A stretch of 64,000 bases of DNA from Veleropilina oligotropha (Eukaryota). The DNA is taken from positions 124,001 through 188,000 of the forward strand of contig JBEUKZ010000101.1 of NCBI GenBank assembly GCA_048128005.1. The letters run 5' to 3'. Numbering within the stretch: position 1 is the first letter of the stretch; each line of letters opens with the position of its first letter. The translations under genes and the position numbers were made by a program. Shown here in pieces: positions 35,680 to 49,975 of the stretch. The notes beneath the pieces are model-generated. The model made no database searches and was not told the DNA's origin. It saw nothing but the letters and a program-made list of their open reading frames with translations.

Positions 35680-37984
35680 CCGTATATACTCGCGTATAAG
35701 ACGAGGATTTTTTCAAAGTTTTCAGATCGCGAAGTTGGGGGGTTGTCTTATACGGAGGACATATACCATTTTCGGGTCGAATGATGGAGATATATTAAGA
35801 TTGTCTATGTCCGCAAATTTGTTTAATTCGTTGAGCTTCCGTACTTGTGAGAATAGGCCTATGAATCACAAAATTAGCATTTAGTTACATCATATTATTT
35901 GCGTTAGAACACTCCATTACTTTATATTGAAAAATGGTGTAAAAATAACACAATGCTTTTAAATGTAAGCAAAACAAAATGCATGTTGGTATCAACTGTT
36001 CAGAAGTTATCTCATATGAAAAGTAAAAAGTTGAATTTATATGCAAATGATACAAATATTGAAGAGGTTTCAAGTCATAAACTTCTTGGTATTCACATTG
36101 ATAAATTTCTAAATTGGGATATTCAGGTTAATAAAGTAAGCAAAATTTTAACTTCTAAAATATCGTCTTTTATCTAGAATCAAGAAGTATCTACCACTAA
36201 ATATAAGAATTGTTTACTATAATGGGTATATTCAGCCAATATTTGATTACTGTTTAACGGTGTGGGGAAACTGTTCCAAGCAAAATTTGGTAAGACTTTT
36301 AAGGCTACAAAAAAGAGCTGCACGGCTCATTTTAGACAAGCCCTTTGATGCTCCATCAGGGCCACTGTTTAAGGAACTTAAATGGCTAAAAATAGACCAA
36401 CTTATTGCTTATAAAAAGGCAATACTGGTATATAAATCTTTAAATGGAATGACCCCATTGTATTTACAGAACATATTTAATGAGGTCAAATCAGAGTATT
36501 CATTACGGTCAGTTGAAAATGGAAATCTTTTAATACCAAAATTCTCAAAGCAACTTTATTGGAAAAGCTTTCGCCTTTCAGGAGTATCTATCTGGAACAG
36601 TTTGCCCACAGCTGTTAAATCAGCAAATAGTCTTGCTACTTTTAAAAGCAGTTGCTTTAATTTTATGTTAAATGCTGACTGATTTAGAAACAATGAAGGT
36701 ACACAAAATGTTAAATTAAACAGCCTTGTTTTTATTTTACATGTACATGTATATAATATATATATATTTATAATTGAACTAACCTCATTATTTGTCTTTG
36801 AATGCCTCAATAGCTGCACTACCTATGATTCTTTGTACATTTGTATATATTTTTATTTTTACTTGTTTGTGCACAGTATAAACTGTTATTTAATATACAT
36901 GTATTATTGTAGTAGTTAGAGAGGGCCTCAGGGAAGAATAGTTTTGCACTAATTGAGTTACCTTCTATAAATAAAGCATTATTATTATATTATTATTATT
37001 ATTATTATATAACATTTTAATTTCATAAACTTTTATCCTACCAGAAAGTCTTTGCTAATCAAATTTATTATCCATAAACATTTGACTTCCAATAAGAATC
37101 AATTAACCATGTGCATTTTATCCAATGCAAGATTTGTGGAGACAACAAGTAAAAAAACATGGCGCTCAATTTTATTCTAATGGACTCTTCGGCATGTCTC
37201 AGTAAAAGGTTGCTTGTGTTATTTTAACCATTTATGCCAACTTTTGACGATAGTATGGTGAAATACAAACAATGAATCAATTGTGGTGTCGGTCAATGAA
37301 ATAAATCTTTATCGAAATCGATTTCTATGGAAAACTGCATTTCCGGATTAACCTATCGAGATCTGAATGTCAGAGGGACACAATGGGTCACCGTTAATAT
37401 TTATATAAAGGCAGCACTGCGTTGATATGGACGCGAACTCGATAAATCCCATTGCTAACCTCCACAGTTATTTTGGGCTCATGCTCTGAAGTTAGCTTTG
37501 TGTTATCCAATGAGAAACTTTTATTTGTGGATGTTCACCGTAATGCATAGATGCGATTAATCTCGATCATGTTTGTGCAGTATAACTAATCCGGTTGGTG
37601 TCCTGCGCTCATAACTGATAACAAAAGAACTTATTGCCAAAGAACTAATATGGAATGTCAGAAAATGCGGGCTTTATTCAATAAAGAATTTAGAGATGGG
37701 GGTTACGATACGTAACAATAACTATGCATTGAATGTCTTGTTCAATGTGCTAATTTAATTATCTATCGTACGTAAACGCAAGTTGGCATTTTATTACTTG
37801 TATAAAAACATTTTTAGGAATTTAGAAATACAGTGTAGCCTAGTTTGCAAACCTGGGAGTGGATATTTTGACAGCCAATTGGGGGTCGTCTTATACGCAA
37901 GACATACAAAAAATCCAAATTATAAAGCTGAAAGTTAGGGGGTTGTCTTATACGGTGGGTCGACTTATACGCGAGTATATACGG
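35680..37984. mobile_element. Non-autonomous Tc1/mariner (pogo-like) element carrying a LINE insertion
   Basis: TIR CCGTATATACTCGCGTATAAG at both ends, flanked by TA. Confidence 0.85.
35945..37010 (+). mobile_element. 5'-truncated CR1/L2-group LINE (RT C-terminus, 3' UTR, (ATT)n tail)
   Basis: LNVSKTKCML, KLLGIHID..LNW, DYC..VWG, LQKRAARLI, G..IWNSLP; one frameshift; AATAAA then (ATT)n. Confidence 0.9.
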
Positions 37985-38221
37985 TAATAGATATGGGATA
38001 TTGCGTATAAATTGAACAAATTTCATTACAGAAGTGGGTGTTACTTGAAACATCGGATGCACAAGTGGTGAAAGTGACCTGAATTTTTACGGACTGTGAT
38101 TGGACAAAATGTAAATCTGATGACATTTTCCAAAAGCTAGATATATGTCTTCCGACATAATAAAAGTGGTCTACAATTATTGTACTTTATTCATGGCCTT
38201 GAAATCAATACATATCTATAC

Positions 38222-38294
38222 CTGTTCCATGTCGACTCTTCTCTTTCCATGATAATCCAATCGAATGAGCACCTCCGGAGAAAACACAAATGAT
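38222..38294 (-). CDS. ATG2: ATG2 exon (SFVFSPEVLIRLDYHGKRRVDMEQ)
   Basis: IRLDYHGK motif; AG/GT; phase consistent. Confidence 0.96.
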
Positions 38295-38658
38295 CTACAA
38301 ATGAAACCACAAATGAAGCTTTTGACTGACTTATTCCAAGGAATATTACACAATGTCATAATGCTTGCGCTAGGCGACTGCCAACTACCAGTAACCAACT
38401 TAATCTTTGCAACTAATGAAAAACATAAAATGAACAATCTGATAATGCGTGCACACTGTGAATTGATTTCATTTGGTATTGGTGTTAGGATCAAATTTTT
38501 ACAATTTTCAGATGGGGACCCCCTTCTTCACATCAGATGGATCCTGTCTGCAATAGATTGGGAGGTGACATAAATTAGATCAAATTTTCACTAACTCATT
38601 ATTTAACTTATGCTCACATATTACGTGATGCATTAACATTGTGGGTAAACATTCTCAC

Positions 38659-38951
38659 TTGAAAAATGTTGGCGGTTTCGATCCGGCGCCGATCGCTGAT
38701 TCTTGGTCGCCATCCTCGGTAACGTTCTCCTGATCCTGCGCGATTTCATCAAACATGATCAGCAGTTCCTGTGGGTTGTCCTCCTCTGGAGCGGGACTGT
38801 CCCTCCCGACAGTCATCACGGGAGGGGGGGAGGACGGCGGTCTCACTGCAGCGGTTTTAGGGTCACAGTCCGACGGATGCCGGCTTCTAGTCTCTTCAAC
38901 AGTTTCACTGGCAAGCTCCGTGAAAAATTGTTTTAGAAAATATAAAGAATC
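38659..38951 (-). CDS. ATG2: ATG2 exon (DSLYFLKQFFTELA...KPPTFFK)
   Basis: D.L.FL..FF motif; 293 nt; phases consistent. Confidence 0.92.
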
Positions 38952-39374
38952 CTAAAATATAAAATACAAGAGATCATAACCAATTCAAACGCCTCATTTC
39001 CACAAAATAATTAGTGTTCCTTTACCATCTATCAAATTCATACTTGGTTTTCCAAACAAAAACCAGAATACTTAAATGTAATCTCAACCCTATCTATTTA
39101 TGATTACTACTAAAAAAATTCCATTTAAAATAGTCACTCCGGTGGTCGTGTGATCATGAGTGCCGCCTCTGAAATCACTGGCTGGACGACTCTGTTTAAC
39201 AGGAGAGCGATCGAGCCTCGGTTTGAGAAATGGTGTCCTTTGTTCAGTTACCACAGCTGTTCATAACTGGCCGGAGAATTGGTTTGAAACTGAAGGTTGT
39301 AAATATACAAGACATGTATCGATCCAATTTAATCCATTTAAGAACTCAAAATATGCAAATAGGTCATAAGTTAC

Positions 39375-39476
39375 CTGATCGACGTTGAGTCGCAGTGGAA
39401 GCAGAGAGACCTTCATGGAGCATTCTTGAGCAGAGACGGACGGATCGGGGCGGCTGTGGACAGCCTTAAGTAGCAC
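39375..39476 (-). CDS. ATG2: ATG2 exon (VLLKAVHSRPDPSVSAQECSMKVSLLPLRLNVDQ)
   Basis: PLRLNVDQ motif; AG/GT. Confidence 0.96.
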
Positions 39477-39559
39477 CTGAAATGGAACATTAAACATTGA
39501 TCGAAATCAAACAAAATATTAACTCAATCAGTTATCTTGCATTACTTAATCTTTTATAG

Positions 39560-40141
39560 TTCACCATGTTTGCATGCGTCTGCTGGGGCACGGTCTACTG
39601 ACTCGCCATGTTTGTGTGAGTGCGCCAACGGACTATGTTTGTGCGAGTCTGCCGGGGCCCTTGACATGTGCAGACGGACCATGTTTGTGTGCGTCTGACA
39701 GGGTCTGTGACGTGCGCTAAATCACCATGTTTGTGTGCGTCTGCTGTGGCCCTTGACGTGTGCTGACGGACCATGTTTGTGTGCGTCTGCCGGGGTCTGT
39801 GACGTGCACTGACTCACCATGTTTGTGTGCATCTGCCGGGGTCTGTGACATGCGCTGACTGGGTCTGTGACGTGCGCTGACTCACCATGTTTGTGTGCGT
39901 TTGCCGGGGTCTGTGACGTGCGCTGACTCACCATGTTTGTGTGCGTCTGCCGGGGTCTGTGACGTGCGCTGACTCACCATGTTTGTTTGCGCTTGCCGGG
40001 GTCTGTGACGTCTACCGACTCACCATGTTTGTGTGCGTCTGCCGGGGTCTGTGACGTCTACTGACTCGCTATGTTTGCGTGCGTCTGCCGGTGTCTGTGA
40101 CGTGTGCTGACTCACCATGTTTGCATGCGTCTGCCGGGGCA
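39560..40141 (-). repeat. ~46-bp minisatellite made from the ATG2 exon end plus donor
   Basis: Units CCCCGGCAGACGCACACAAACATG|GTGAGTCAG... Confidence 0.92.
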
Positions 40142-40283
40142 TTGTCTCTGACGTGTACTGATAGAGGAACTTGTTGATCTGGGAGGACCTCAGGCGATCG
40201 CGGACCTCAAGGTCGTGCACGAGCAGCACCTGCCGCGACGCCAGCGTCGACGTCTCAGGATACGACTCGTGTTGCATGCGCAC
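40116..40283 (-). CDS. ATG2: ATG2 exon (VRMQHESYP...DLEVRDRLRSSQINKFLYQYTSETMPRQTHANM)
   Basis: Hallmark ATG2 (ATG2_CAD-region) sequence; 168 nt. Confidence 0.96.
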
Positions 40284-40520
40284 CTGAAATGAGGGGAGAA
40301 ATCCTTATATAGAGAGGGGAGAAATCCTTATATAGAGAGGGGAATGGAGAAAACTAGATGTTGTTATTGTCCACAATAACAGGAATGTCTCCCCTATTTG
40401 AATAGAAGTGTAAAAGGAATATCCTGGCAACTTCTAGTCACAATCAGTTTTGCAACTGAAAACAGTTGCGAGTTCATTTTTCATATAAGCAATACGTGCA
40501 TTCGATCAGGTTGTAAGACT

Positions 40521-40760
40521 GGTCGCTTCGTGTGGTCTCTGTAGTGAGGTCTGAAAATGTTGATTATGTTAACACGAACAGTAGTGGGTTTGAGCCTCCG
40601 TTGGGGCATTATTTGTTCAAGTTATCCGTAACTGATCGGAGACTGAGGCGGGCATCCCCAGCGACCGGGCTTTCCTTCCGCGATAATATGAACATGTCCT
40701 GCTTTGAACCAAATGATGGTTGGAACTATACAGGACATTAAGCATCGATCATTTCCTTTT
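40521..40760 (+). mobile_element. tRNA-derived SINE family B, diverged
   Basis: Colinear with 8927-9195. Confidence 0.75.
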
Positions 40761-41059
40761 TATATCACTGGCCATAATGGAGATTTGCTGCTCTCACTTT
40801 ATGGAACAGTTCCTGAATGTTGGTTTGCAACATTGCATTAATACCTTTTGCTGTGTTCATGAGAATTGATAGATGTCACATCAAATTTATTTAGTCTTGA
40901 CAAGAGGATTTTGAATATTATAAAATGTTCTTCATTAACCCTTTGAACACTGAGTCCCTGAGCGTATTGCCACCCACACACTGGGTTCCTGAGGCAGTAT
41001 AACGCAAAATAAATCTTCATCTTCTTGTTAAAATTAGCAATGTCGGAATGATCGATTGA

Positions 41060-42457
41060 TCCATAGTTGTAAAAAAAGATCATTTGCGCAAATTATCAGG
41101 AAAGCAAATTATCGAAAATTGTACTTTGAGCAACAGATCACATGACCTTAGGCCTATATTGATGTCAAAAGCATCCTCTCTTCATACACAATCCGTAAAT
41201 ATTCCAAATATGAGCGCGATTGCCCAATATGCACGGTAGATATTATACAGAAACCAAATGACCAAAATTCTATTTTTAGACAGATCACATGACCTTTAAA
41301 ATATTGACTTTCAAATATACAATTCAAAGCATCATTTCCTCATACCTCATACACAACCTGCCTATGAGCTTGACCATGACCATTCAATATGAACAGTAGT
41401 TATTTCCCTGTGCCCTGAATGCAAATCGCAATCAAAATTCGGGAAAATTATATTTTTAGCAACAAGTCACGTGACCTTTGGCGTACAGACCTGAAAAGCA
41501 ATCTCTCCTCTCCTCATAAGCAACCTGTGTACCAAATATGAGCATAATCGCTCAAAGGAAATGGTAGTTATCGTCTGGAAACCAAATCTGAGTCAAAATT
41601 CTATTTTTAGTCGCAGATCACATGACCTTTGGCGTACCGACCTGAAAAGCAATCCCAAGGGACCACTCCTCATAACCAACCCGTGTACCAAATATGAGCA
41701 TAATCGCTGAAAGGAAACGTTAGTTATCATCTGGAAACCAAATCTGAGTCAAAATTCTATTTTTAGTCGCAGATCACATGACCTTCGGCATACCGACCTG
41801 AAAAGCAATCCCAAGGGACCTCTCCTCATAACCAACCCGTGTACCAAATATGAGCATAATCGCTGAAAGGAAACGTTAGTTATCGTCTGGAAACCAAATC
41901 TGAGTCAAAATTCTATTTTTAGTCGCAGATCACATGGCCTTTGGCGTACCGACCTAAAAAGCAATCCCAAGGGACCTCTCCTCATAAGCAACCCGAGTAC
42001 CAAATATGAGCATAATCACTCAAAGGAAACAGTAGTTATCGTCTGGAAACCAAATCTGAGTCAAAATTCTATTTTTAGTCGCAGATCACATGACCTTTGG
42101 CGTACCACCCTGAAAAGCAATCCCAAGGGACCTCTCCTCATAAGCAACCTGTGCACCAAATATGAGCATAAACGCTCAAAGGAAACGGTAGTTATCGTCT
42201 GGAAACCAAATCTGAGTCAAAATTCTATATTTAGTCGCAGATCACATGACCTTTGGCGTGCCGCCCTGAAAAGCAATCCCAAGGGACCTCTCCTCATAAG
42301 CAACCTGTGTACCAAATATGAGCATAATCGCTCAAAGGAAACGGTAGTTATCGTCCGGAAACCAAAGTGTGACAGACAGACGGACGGACAGACGGACAGA
42401 CGGACAGACGGACGATACAAAAACAGTATGTCTCCCCACAGGGATGGGGAGACATAA
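41060..42457 (+). mobile_element. HINE-like element with ~156-bp internal tandem repeats
   Basis: 156-bp period, (GACG/GACA)n tract, 3' hairpin TATGTCTCCCC...GGGGAGACATA; 5' boundary approximate. Confidence 0.8.
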
Positions 42458-42648
42458 TTACCATATGAGGATAAATTAGGAGCACTTGAGCTCACATTTT
42501 TCTTTTTGATAAATAAAAGAGGTAATTCTGGTATTCTTTTTTTATTGTTTACAGGAAAGGACACCACTGACGGTAATACTTATTTCAGATGATTAAGATC
42601 AGGGGGGATAAAGCTTTAAATAATAATATACATTGGAAAATTGCTTAT

Positions 42649-45600
42649 TTACTATTATTGGACTGAAGAGGAGTAGGATTATCATCCTAATACTACTATT
42701 ATTGGACTGAAGAGGAGTAGGATTATCATCCTAATACTACTATTATTGGACTGAAGAGGAGTAGGATTATCATCCTAATACTACTATTATTGGACTGAAG
42801 AGGAGTAGGATTATCATCCTAATACTACTATTATTGGACTGAACAGAAGTAGGATTATCATCCTAATACTACTATTATTGGACTGAAGAGTAGTGGGATT
42901 ATCATCCTAATACTACTATTATTGGACTGAAGAGGAGTAGGATTATCATCCTAATACTACTATTATTGGACTGAAGAGGAGTAGGATTATCATCCTAATA
43001 CTACTATTATTGGACTGAAGAGGAGTAGGATTATCATCCTAATACTACTATTATTGGACTGAGGAGGAGTAGGATTATCATCCTAATACTACTATTATTG
43101 GACTGAGGAGGAGTAGGATTATCATCCTAATGCTACTATTATTGGACTGAGGAGGAGTAGGATTATCATCCTAATGCTACTATTATTGGGCTGAAGATGA
43201 GTAGGATTATCATCCTAATGCTACTATTATTGGACTGAAGATGAGTAGGATTATCATCCTAATACTACTATTATTGGACTGAAGAGGAGTAGGATTATCA
43301 TCCTAATACTACTATTATTGGACTGAGGAGGAGTAGGATTATCATCCTAATACTGTACTACTATTATTGGACTGAGGAGGAGTAGGATTATCATCCTAAT
43401 ACTACTATTATTGGACTGGGGAGGAGTAGGATTATCATCCTAATACTAATATTATTGGACTGGGGAGGAGTAGGATTATCATCATATGAGCATAATCGCT
43501 GAGGAGGAGTAGGATTATCATCCTAATGCTACTATTATTGGACTGAGGAGGAGTAGGATTATCATCCTAATGCTACTATTATTGGGCTGAAGATGAGTAG
43601 GATTATCATCCTAATGCTACTATTATTGGACTGAAGATGAGTAGGATTATCATCCTAATACTACTATTATTGGACTGAAGAGGAGTAGGATTATCATCCT
43701 AATACTACTATTATTGGACTGAGGAGGAGTAGGATTATCATCCTAATACTGTACTACTATTATTGGACTGAGGAGGAGTAGGATTATCATCCTAATACTA
43801 CTATTATTGGACTGGGGAGGAGTAGGATTATCATCCTAATACTAATATTATTGGACTGGGGAGGAGTAGGATTATCATCCTAATACTACTATTATTGGAC
43901 TGAAGAGGAGTAGGATTATCATCCTAATACTACTATTATTGGACTGAGGAGGAGTAGGATTATCATCCTAATACTGTACTACTATTATTGGACTGAGGAG
44001 GAGTAGGATTATCATCCTAATACTACTATTATTGGACTGAGGAGGAGTAGGATTATCATCCTAATACTACTATTATTGGACTGAAGAGGAGTAGGATTAT
44101 CATCCTAATACTACTGTTATAGGACTGAAGAGAAGTAGGATTATCATCCTAATACTACTATTATTGGACTGAAGAGAAGTAGGATTATCATCCTAATACT
44201 ACTATTATTGGACTGAAGAGGAGTAGGATTATCATCCTAATACTACTATTATTGGACTGAAGAGGAGTAGGATTATCATCCTAATACTACTATTATTGGA
44301 CTGAAGAGGAGTAGGATTATCATCCTAATGCTACTATTATTGGACTGAAGAGGAGTAGGATTATCATCCTAATACTACTACTATTGGACTGAAGAGGAGT
44401 AGGATTATCATCCTAATACTACTATTATTGGACTGAAGAGGAGTAGGATTATCATCCTAATACTACTATTATTGGACTGAAGAGGAGTAGGATTATCATC
44501 CTAATACTACTATTATTGGACTGAAGAGGAGTAGGATTATCATCCTAATACTACTGTTATTGGACTGAAGAGAAGTAGGATTATCATCCTAATACTACTA
44601 TTATTCGACTGAAGAGGAGTAGGATTATCATCCTAATACTACTATTATTGGACTGAAGAGAAGTAGGATTATCATCCTAATACTACTATTATTGGACTGA
44701 AGAGGAGTAGGATTATCATCCTAATACTACTATTATTGGACTGAAGAGGAGTAGGATTATCATCCTAATACTACTATTATTGGACTGAAGAGGAGTAGGA
44801 TTATCATCCTAATACTACTATTATTGGACTGAAGAGGAGTAGGATTATCATCCTAATACTACTATTATTGGACTGAAGAGGAGTAGGATTATCATCCTAA
44901 TACTACTATTATTGGACTGAAGAGGAGTAGGATTATCATCCTAATACTACTATTATTGGACTGAAGAGGAGTAGGATTATCATCCTAATACTACTATTAT
45001 TGGACTGAAGAGGAGTAGGATTATCATCCTAATACTACTGTTATTGGACTGAAGAGAAGTAGGATTATCATCCTAATACTACTATTATTCGACTGAAGAG
45101 GAGTAGGATTATCATCCTAATACTACTATTATTGGACTGAAGAGAAGTAGGATTATCATCCTAATACTGTACTACTATTATTGGACTGAGGAGGAGTAGG
45201 ATTATCATCCTAATACTACTATTATTGGACTGAGGAGGAGTAGGATTATCATCCTAATACTACTATTATTGGACTGAAGAGGAGTAGGATTATCATCCTA
45301 ATACTACTGTTATAGGACTGAAGAGAAGTAGGATTATCATCCTAATACTACTATTATTGGACTGAAGAGAAGTAGGATTATCATCCTAATACTACTATTA
45401 TTGGACTGAAGAGGAGTAGGATTATCATCCTAATACTACTATTATTGGACTGAAGAGGAGTAGGATTATCATCCTAATACTACTATTATTGGACTGAAGA
45501 GGAGTAGGATTATCATCCTAATGCTACTATTATTGGACTGAAGAGGAGTAGGATTATCATCCTAATACTACTACTATTGGACTGAAGAGGAGTAGGATTA

Positions 45601-48600
45601 TCATCCTAATACTACTATTATTGGACTGAAGAGGAGTAGGATTATCATCCTAATACTACTATTATTGGACTGAAGAGGAGTAGGATTATCATCCTAATAC
45701 TACTATTATTGGACTGAAGAGGAGTAGGATTATCATCCTAATACTACTGTTATTGGACTGAAGAGAAGTAGGATTATCATCCTAATACTACTATTATTCG
45801 ACTGAAGAGGAGTAGGATTATCATCCTAATACTACTATTATTGGACTGAAGAGGAGTAGGATTATCATCCTAATACTACTGTTATTGGACTGAAGAGAAG
45901 TAGGATTATCATCCTAATACTACTATTATTCGACTGAAGAGGAGTAGGATTATCATCCTAATACTACTATTATTGGACTGAAGAGAAGTAGGATTATCAT
46001 CCTAATACTACTATTATTGGACTGAAGAGGAGTAGGATTATCATCCTAATACTACTATTATTGGACTGAAGAGGAGTAGGATTATCATCCTAATACTACT
46101 ATTATTGGACTGAAGAGGAGTAGGATTATCATCCTAATACTACTATTATTGGACTGAAGAGGAGTAGGATTATCATCCTAATACTACTATTATTGGACTG
46201 AAGAGGAGTAGGATTATCATCCTAATACTACTATTATTGGACTGAAGAGGAGTAGGATTATCATCCTAATACTACTATTATTGGACTGAAGAGGAGTAGG
46301 ATTATCATCCTAATACTACTATTATTGGACTGAAGAGGAGTAGGATTATCATCCTAATACTACTGTTATTGGACTGAAGAGAAGTAGGATTATCATCCTA
46401 ATACTACTATTATTCGACTGAAGAGGAGTAGGATTATCATCCTAATACTACTATTATTGGACTGAAGAGAAGTAGGATTATCATCCTAATACTGTACTAC
46501 TATTATTGGACTGAGGAGGAGTAGGATTATCATCCTAATACTACTATTATTGGACTGAGGAGGAGTAGGATTATCATCCTAATACTACTATTATTGGACT
46601 GAAGAGGAGTAGGATTATCATCCTAATACTACTGTTATAGGACTGAAGAGAAGTAGGATTATCATCCTAATACTACTATTATTGGACTGAAGAGAAGTAG
46701 GATTATCATCCTAATACTACTATTATTGGACTGAAGAGGAGTAGGATTATCATCCTAATACTACTATTATTGGACTGAAGAGGAGTAGGATTATCATCCT
46801 AATACTACTATTATTGGACTGAAGAGGAGTAGGATTATCATCCTAATACTACTATTATTGGACTGAAGAGGAGTAGGATTATCATCCTAATGCTACTATT
46901 ATTGGACTGAAGAGGAGTAGGATTATCATCCTAATACTACTACTATTGGACTGAAGAGGAGTAGGATTATCATCCTAATACTACTATTATTGGACTGAAG
47001 AGGAGTAGGATTATCATCCTAATACTACTATTATTGGACTGAAGAGAAGTAGGATTATCATCCTAATACTACTATTATTCGACTGAAGAGGAGTAGGATT
47101 ATCATCCTAATACTACTATTATTGGACTGAAGAGGAGTAGGATTATCATCCTAATACTACTATTATTGGACTGAGGAGGAGTAGGATTATCATCCTAATA
47201 CTACTATTATTGGACTGAAGAGGAGTAGGATTATCATCCTAATACTACTATTATTGGACTGAAGAGGAGTAGGATTATCATCCTAATACTACTATTATTG
47301 GACTGAGGAGGAGTAGGATTATCATCCTAATACTACTATTATTGGACTGAAGAGGAGTAGGATTATCATCCTAATACTACTATTATTGGACTGAAGAGGA
47401 GTAGGATTATCATCCTAATACTACTATTATTGGACTGAAGAGGAGTAGGATTATCATCCTAATACTACTATTATTGGACTGAAGAGGAGTAGGATTATCA
47501 TCCTAATACTACTATTATTGGACTGAAGAGGAGTAGGATTATCATCCTAATACTACTATTATTGGACTGAAGAGGAGTAGGATTATCATCCTAATACTAC
47601 TATTATTGGACTGAAGAGGAGTAGGATTATCATCCTAATACTACTATTATTGGACTGAAGAGGAGTAGGATTATCATCCTAATACTACTATTATTGGACT
47701 GAAGAGGAGTAGGATTATCATCCTAATACTACTATTATTTGACTGAAGAGGAGTAGGATTATCATCCTAATACTACTATTATTGGACTGAAGAGGAGTAG
47801 GATTATCATCCTAATACTACTATTATTGGACTGAAGAGGAGTAGGATTATCATCCTAATACTACTATTATTGGACTGAAGAGGAGTAGGATTATCATCCT
47901 AATACTACTATTATTGGACTGAAGAGAAGTAGGATTATCATCCTAATACTACTATTATTGGACTGAAGAGGAGTAGGATTATCATCCTAATACTACTATT
48001 ATTGGACTGAAGAAGAGTAGGATTATCATCCTAATACTACTATTATTGGACTGAAGAGGAGTAGGATTATCATCCTAATACTACTATTATTGGACTGAAG
48101 AGGAGTAGGATTATCATCCTAATACTACTATTATTGGACTGAAGAGGAGTAGGATTATCATCCTAATACTACTATTATTGGACTGAAGAGTAGGATTATC
48201 ATCCTAATACTACTATTATTGAACTGAAGAGGAGTAGGATTATCATCCTTATACTACTATTATTGGACTGAAGAGTAGGATTATCATCCTAATACTACTA
48301 TTATTGGACTGAAGAGGAGTAGGATTATCATCCTGATACTACTATTATTGGACTGAAGAGGAGTAGGATTATCATCCTAATACTACTATTATTGCACTGA
48401 AGAGGAGTAGGATTATCATCCTAATACTACTATTATTGAACTGAAGAGGAGTAGGATTATCATCCTAATGCTACTATTATTGGACTGAAGAGGAGTAGGA
48501 TTATCATCCTAATGCTACTATTATTGGACTGAAGAGGAGTAGGATTATCATCCTAATACTACTATTATTGGACTGAAGATGAGTAGGATTATCATCCTAA

Positions 48601-48948
48601 TGCTACTATTATTGAACTGAAGAGGAGTAGGATTATCATCCTAATGCTACTATTATTGGACTGAAGAGTAGGATTATCATCCTAATGCTACTATTATTGG
48701 ACTGAAGAGTAGGATTATCATCCTAATGCTACTATTATTGAACTGAAGAGGAGTAGGATTATCATCCTAATACTACTATTATTGGACTGAAGAGTAGGAT
48801 TATCATCCTAATACTACTATTATTGGACTGAAGATGAGTAGGATTATCATCCTAATACTACTATTATTGGACTGAAGAGGAGTAGGATTATCATCCTAAT
48901 ACTACTATTATTGGACTGAAGAGGAGTACGATTATCATCCTAATACTA
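42649..48948. repeat. 6.3-kb intronic satellite, 44-bp unit GGACTGAAGAGGAGTAGGATTATCATCCTAATACTACTATTATT (~140 copies)
   Basis: Direct tandem repeat. Confidence 0.98.
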
Positions 48949-49262
48949 GAGTAGAATCAACATCTGTAAAAACGCATGGATTCAGCAAAACTAAAGTGAG
49001 ATCTGAAATGAACAGCAGTAATTCACTCTCAACACCCAAACAAATTCTAATTTAAACTGTATATTCATCAAAAATTAATTCGCAATAATACTTTGGATAC
49101 AGGAAATGCAAATCAAATCAGCAATTGTTCCTCATAGCTACAATATTGAATCATGGAATATCTTTATTTAAGCATGATACATTACCAGCCAGGCATTATG
49201 TCATGGGATTTTCTCTTTCCTGATGCATTTGGAATGACTGTACTCCCTGTCATGTGACTTAC

Positions 49263-49395
49263 CTTGGTCAGTTGGACCTCCATCAGAACATCTAGGTTGC
49301 GTCCCGGGCCGCCCCGACTCTGCCACGAGGAATGGCTCGCTCGTCGGTCGTATTCCGAGGCAGAATGAGGTCCACAGCCCTGACTGTGCGATGTT
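49263..49395 (-). CDS. ATG2: ATG2 exon (TSHSQG...WQSRGGPGRNLDVLMEVQLTK)
   Basis: GG.GR...LME.QL.K motif; AG/GTAAGT. Confidence 0.94.
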
Positions 49396-49649
49396 CTGAA
49401 CCAGAAATAACAGCAAAACAATGGTATGCAGTATAATAAAATAATTTCACTGTGAATTAATGAATTGTCTGGCCATATTGTCAAGCAAATTGGTAACACT
49501 TGTTATGGATGGTGATGTCGCAGAAATCCCCTCACGTTCGCCATTTTGTTTCCTCAAAGTTGATGGCGCTACCTCGCAACCTCAAATATTTGAGGAAAAA
49601 CATCAAAATTTCCTCTACTTTAGGGAGATACTACGTTTTTTTAGGTTGT

Positions 49650-49975
49650 GCCATCGTGGCTCAGTGGGTTGATCACAGGACTCTGGTTGCAGAGTCTCGA
49701 GTTCACCCCCGGAGCTCGGCGATTTCACTTGGGCAAGGAAATAAGCATATATTTGCCTCGGTCCACCCAGCCGATTTGAATGGGTACCTGGTTGGCAGTT
49801 ATGTAAGTCACGGCGCTACCCGCGTGTAAATGACTGTAATGCTCCCAGAGGGAGTTGAGACGGATATCGAGTGGAACAGGCCCATAACCAGGGGTAATAA
49901 TAATGTTCAGCGCATTGAGACATGTGCATAATAATGCGCTATATAAGACTGTTAATTATTATTATTATTATTATT
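49650..49975 (+). mobile_element. tRNA-derived SINE family A, full length
   Basis: Closely similar to 30530-30851. Confidence 0.88.

Noticed and set aside
42649..48948. Hammerhead ribozyme array (CTGAAGA followed by a hairpin in each unit)
   Set aside because: No GAAA after the stem and no stem III/NUH cleavage site; at most a degenerate remnant
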